This document shows positions 35,901 to 39,462 of a DNA stretch of 39,462 nucleotides, in pieces (within the stretch, counting starts at the first letter, position 1; every line of letters begins with the position of its first letter). The position numbers and the translations under genes are program-made. The notes beneath the pieces are model-generated. The model saw only the letters and a list, made by a program, of their open reading frames with translations. It was not told the DNA's origin and searched no databases. Location of the stretch: positions 1 to 39,462 of the forward strand of contig KZ538939.1 in NCBI GenBank assembly GCA_000934665.2. The letters run 5' to 3'. The DNA is from Catajapyx aquilonaris. Taxonomy: Eukaryota.

Positions 35901-38900
35901 ACTGCTAAGCCAGTTGGCAAGACTCCTCGCCAGCAATTGTCAGGTGAGTGACTTAAGAGTGTGCTCTATGCACTGACCAAAAGTAAACTAATCATAGCTC
36001 CAGAGCAGGCCCTTCTCTACACTATGATAGAATAGCAAAGGCCCTGTCCTGTGGTGGAAATTCACTAAATTTATTGATGGAGCTAGTCTGGACAGCTGAG
36101 GTAACTTACCTATGGGGTAACTGCCACGGTGATAAGTCAAATATATAGTTACCTCACAGATAAATTACAATACCTCCAGTGTCCAGGCTAAGGCCTTAAA
36201 GCCCATTGACAGGGAGAGAGTAGGACTGACTGTGAGTATACGATCCCTTTTTTAAAAATGTCACCTCTGCTAGCAATGAAAAGAAAATCCTTCATATGAG
36301 GAGTAAGTATGAAATCTGAACAAAGATGGTGGCATACAGTCAGAAAGAAAATACACGGGCTCAAACCAATATCCAATCACATCTCCGACTTCGAGTGGGA
36401 GGAAGGGAGATGGAGAGGGAGGAGGGAGGACAGAAACAGGCAAGAGGGGGGCGCAAGCACACCCAAGTCCGTATTACTGTATAAAAGAACTCTCATCTGA
36501 ATTTATCATATTTTGCAGGTTAAAGTGATGTTTCAATCTGTAGATGCAGGCAGCCCCCTGTATCTGAAGATTGAACCAACCATGGATTTAAAAAATTCGG
36601 GGGGAAAAATCAAGAACGTTGATGTCAATATTCCCTAAATCACTTAATTCCCTAATATCACAACTATTTACATGGAACATGAATGAGCACAATTTCCCAT
36701 GATATAAGTGTACAAGTAAAACTTTGACATCCTGTCAGAGGCTCAGTAGAATTTAGCAGAGGTTAAGTATCTACATCATTGGATTCTGCATTTTATTCTC
36801 TTACATGTACACCGAGTTCAAATGCAGGAAGGTGATTAAATATACTTCCCTTGTTAGGCATACCATGGAAACACAACTACTGTAGTACACAGTTATAAGC
36901 TTAGATAGAAAATTTGTGATGTGTTTCACCAGGAAATTCATAATTATGCTAGTCATATAATTAATGCATTTACCTTAGTAAAACTGCAATCTGGGGATGT
37001 CGGGAGCATCATCCTGCCTTTCTTTGCTTCTCCATGACCCGTGACAGGTGATAAAGCTTTCTCCGCCTCTAGTAGAATGGCATCCTTTTTTTCTTTAGTC
37101 CCAGGAATGTGATCCCAGAGAGTAGTCTGAACCATTGTCTTTTTTGGTTTTGCATTGGGTATACGCCAAGGTCTCAGCACCTTCTTTTCCTGGCTCTTGG
37201 CATTAGAGGATGCCTTTGTGAGCGGTGCTGGTGGAGCCTTGCGAATTGGGACTCTGGTGGGGGTATTCTTCACCTGTACAATAGGTGAGATAATCCCCAG
37301 GCTTGTGTCATCCTCTTCAAAACCAAAGCAATTCGCTCGACTGTATTCAGCTTGACGGGCAAAACACAGAGCTTTTGGAACTCCAGAATTCAGAGGAGTG
37401 GATGTCTGTTGTGGTAGTATTGATACCATTGGCTTTGGCTGAGGTGTCTGTGGAACCATCTAGAAGTTGCAAAAGTACAAATGACATCAGTGGTCTATTC
37501 TGCTCGACTAGATGGTAAATCCATAGATATGCATTTCCAGGAATTTCATGCAGATTCAAATATTAGTTCAGACCATTACATGTACTAGGGGAATTCAGAA
37601 AGTAAGGTTCCTATGTAATTACCAAGCTCCTTCTGTATTTACTGAGATGATTCTTAGCTGACATAAAGATCAGACTTTGACCTCTAGATGGCAGTGAGAT
37701 GGCAGCTTCAATGTAGCCATTTTCCTGAACCGGGCAATCTCAAAATCGCAACTGCATTGAGCAAGTGTACAAAAGAGGAGGTTTGCTAGGTTATTTGCTT
37801 TTTTGTGCGGCAAAAGGGTCAGGATCCATTCAAATTCATTGCGAACTTGAAGCTGTTGATGGCCCGAACAATGTGGCAGTGCAAAATGTACAAAAGTGAT
37901 GGAAGAGAGCTGTTCAAAAGACCTGGGATGTCATCCACAGGAGTGTTGTTGCATGACAATGCCCGACCACACACAGCTCATGACACACTGAACCTCTTGG
38001 AAAGCTGACAATGGGAAATTCTTCAACATCCATCCAGCAACCCTGATATAGTGATATGGAACATTCAAATTTTCACATCTGTCCAAAGATGAAAAACCAC
38101 CTTTGTAGCAAGAGATTTCTTCAGATGATATAATTGAAGGGTCGCCCCGAATAATGTTGTAAGTGATAACGGTAACCAATGTCACTTACAACATTATTCA
38201 GGGCGACCTTTCAATTCATGAAGCTAAAAATGACTGCATGAACAATTTCCCACCTTCTACCGGAGGGTTTTAGAATCATGAATCTCCCAGCTAGGCAAAT
38301 GCCTCAACATAGAAAGTGACAATGTTAAAAAATAGCGTAAAAATGTAGTGTTCCTTACTACAGTAGTAAGTCATTCTGCCGGCAGCATATTCCTTGGCCC
38401 AAAACTTGTCTAAAATGTAGGGGGGATAAAATATCAAGGGACCAACTGTTAACGAGGTAGAATAGCAGAAACATTGGCCGGTGGTTGCCTAGGGAGCAGG
38501 ATATGAGCGTGATAATCATGACGTTGGGATTTGGGAGATCGCCTCTTTCACAGAAGTGATTATCATCGCTCATATCCTGCTCCTTAGGCAACCATCAGCC
38601 AATGTTTCTGGTCATCTATATAGTTAATGGTTGGTCCCTTGACATTTTACCACCCTACATCTTCCTCTTGTTTTGGCCCAAGGAATACACTGACTTAGGG
38701 TTGACCTACTAGTAAGAAACACCTGTACATGAGATATTTAAGTACTTCACTACAAATAGGATATTTCAAAAGTAAATGAGTTGGGAACCTCACACTTTCT
38801 GACTTCCCCTCATAGTTCTCCATCATATAATGAGTGTCACATACCAAACGGGGTCAACTTTTGAGCCTGAATGTAATTTTGGAGGCAGTTCTCTCCTACC

Positions 38901-39462
38901 TCCAGTGTGTAATGCAGGTATTTCTTAAAACAATTTTAGCATTACCTCATCTATAGCTGCGTTGATCTTATTGGCCAGTTCTGAATCATCACAGGGATCC
39001 CTCTTTTGATTTCCCGTAACTTCTGATTTCTGTGGTGGGCTGGAGGTCACATCAAATCCAACTGATGTCAGTGGTAGCATCTGAAAAACACAAAAATTAA
39101 GAAAAGTGCATTTCCATGCCCTAAGAAAAAAAATGACCTAGATTCAAACTTGCATCTTGCCTGCTGGACAATGAGCCTAATATCTATAATATTAAAATCC
39201 TTGCGGACTATGTATAAGCCCTCTGATTGGTCCGTCCCCGTATTGTTGCCGCCACCTGTTCCTATTGGCCCCCGTCCATTGTTGCTGCGTAGTATCCATG
39301 ACGCACTGTTACCACGACGCCTCCGATTGGCTCCCGTTCCGAGCATGCGCAATGGGGGTGGAACACGTCCAGTTGCCTACTGACCTCCTTGGGAGAAGGT
39401 CGCTTTTTTTCGTCTGTCCCGCCTCGGTCGTCGTCCCCCTGCCGGACCTTCACCCCTTCCCC
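32908..39462 (-). CDS. Sororin/Dalmatian-like cohesion factor, 5'-partial; exons >39462-39385, 39080-38946, 37459-36974, 33165-32908
   Basis: All phase-0 GT-AG introns give an open frame of 319 codons; FGF motif NCFGFEEDD, many S/T-P sites, PARRSY, polybasic KKKAKKKK, then Sororin-domain-like FKKMADQLYTQLEVETFEKFKLCEE; the first exon is least certain. Confidence 0.8.
33334..33684 (-). mobile_element. tRNA-derived SINE (family 1)
   Basis: B box ggttcgatcc on minus strand; poly(A) tail; TSD ggctgaactcacttt at 33319-33333 and 33685-33699. Confidence 0.9.
33761..33991. mobile_element. MITE with near-perfect ~43-bp inverted ends
   Basis: aaaatatgtacccccgcgagcataaagatggagacggcaggcc / ggcttgccgtctccatctttatgctcgcgggggtacatatttt. 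Confidence 0.8.
34610..35267. mobile_element. Fold-back MITE with ~255-bp inverted arms
   Basis: 34610-34866 is the near reverse complement of 35011-35267; this explains the mirrored ORFs in the track; no clear TSD. Confidence 0.88.
35543..35837. mobile_element. hAT (Charlie-like) MITE
   Basis: cagcggttctcaaact...agtttgagaaccactg with repeated cggaaccc subterminal motifs; 8-bp TSD not preserved. Confidence 0.8.
37583..38340 (+). mobile_element. Degenerate mariner transposon relic
   Basis: GVLLHDNARPHTA motif at ~37939-37980; C-terminal KCLN...VKK* near 38295-38335; TIR-like tactaggggaattcagaaagtaaggttcc. Confidence 0.8.
38132..38216. repeat. Near-perfect 85-bp hairpin inside the mariner relic
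   Basis: aattgaagggtcgccccgaataatgttgtaagtga / tcacttacaacattattcagggcgacctttcaatt. Confidence 0.8.
38358..38714. mobile_element. Palindromic MITE, same family as 27291-27655
   Basis: Arms of ~150 bp including tattccttggcccaaaac / gttttggcccaaggaata and cctagggagcaggatatgagc / gctcatatcctgctccttagg. Confidence 0.8.

Overview
Eukaryotic genomic DNA from a pancrustacean, probably an insect, inferred from the presence of Hairless; it has spliceosomal introns and two N gaps. Three genes are recognisable after manual splicing: Hairless (+, 17328-25822), mitochondrial ribosomal protein S18A (-, 29608-26296) and the 3' part of a Sororin/Dalmatian-like gene (-, >39462-32908), followed by a decayed tandem copy of its last exon. 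The left 11 kb holds genes I cannot name: a single-pass membrane protein with two PPxY motifs and a PDZ-binding tail, and a cluster of three two-exon secreted-protein genes that the ORF track only partly shows. These are a divergent pair of ~90-aa peptide precursors (one with an REKR/Gln processing site) and a PEPTT-repeat mucin whose C-terminus appears to have been replaced by a TTAA-flanked piggyBac-like MITE. There is also a candidate 9-nt microexon, four tRNA-derived SINEs with target-site duplications, and many MITEs and mariner/Tc1 relics. All gene models come from reading the sequence by eye; no database or expression evidence was used.
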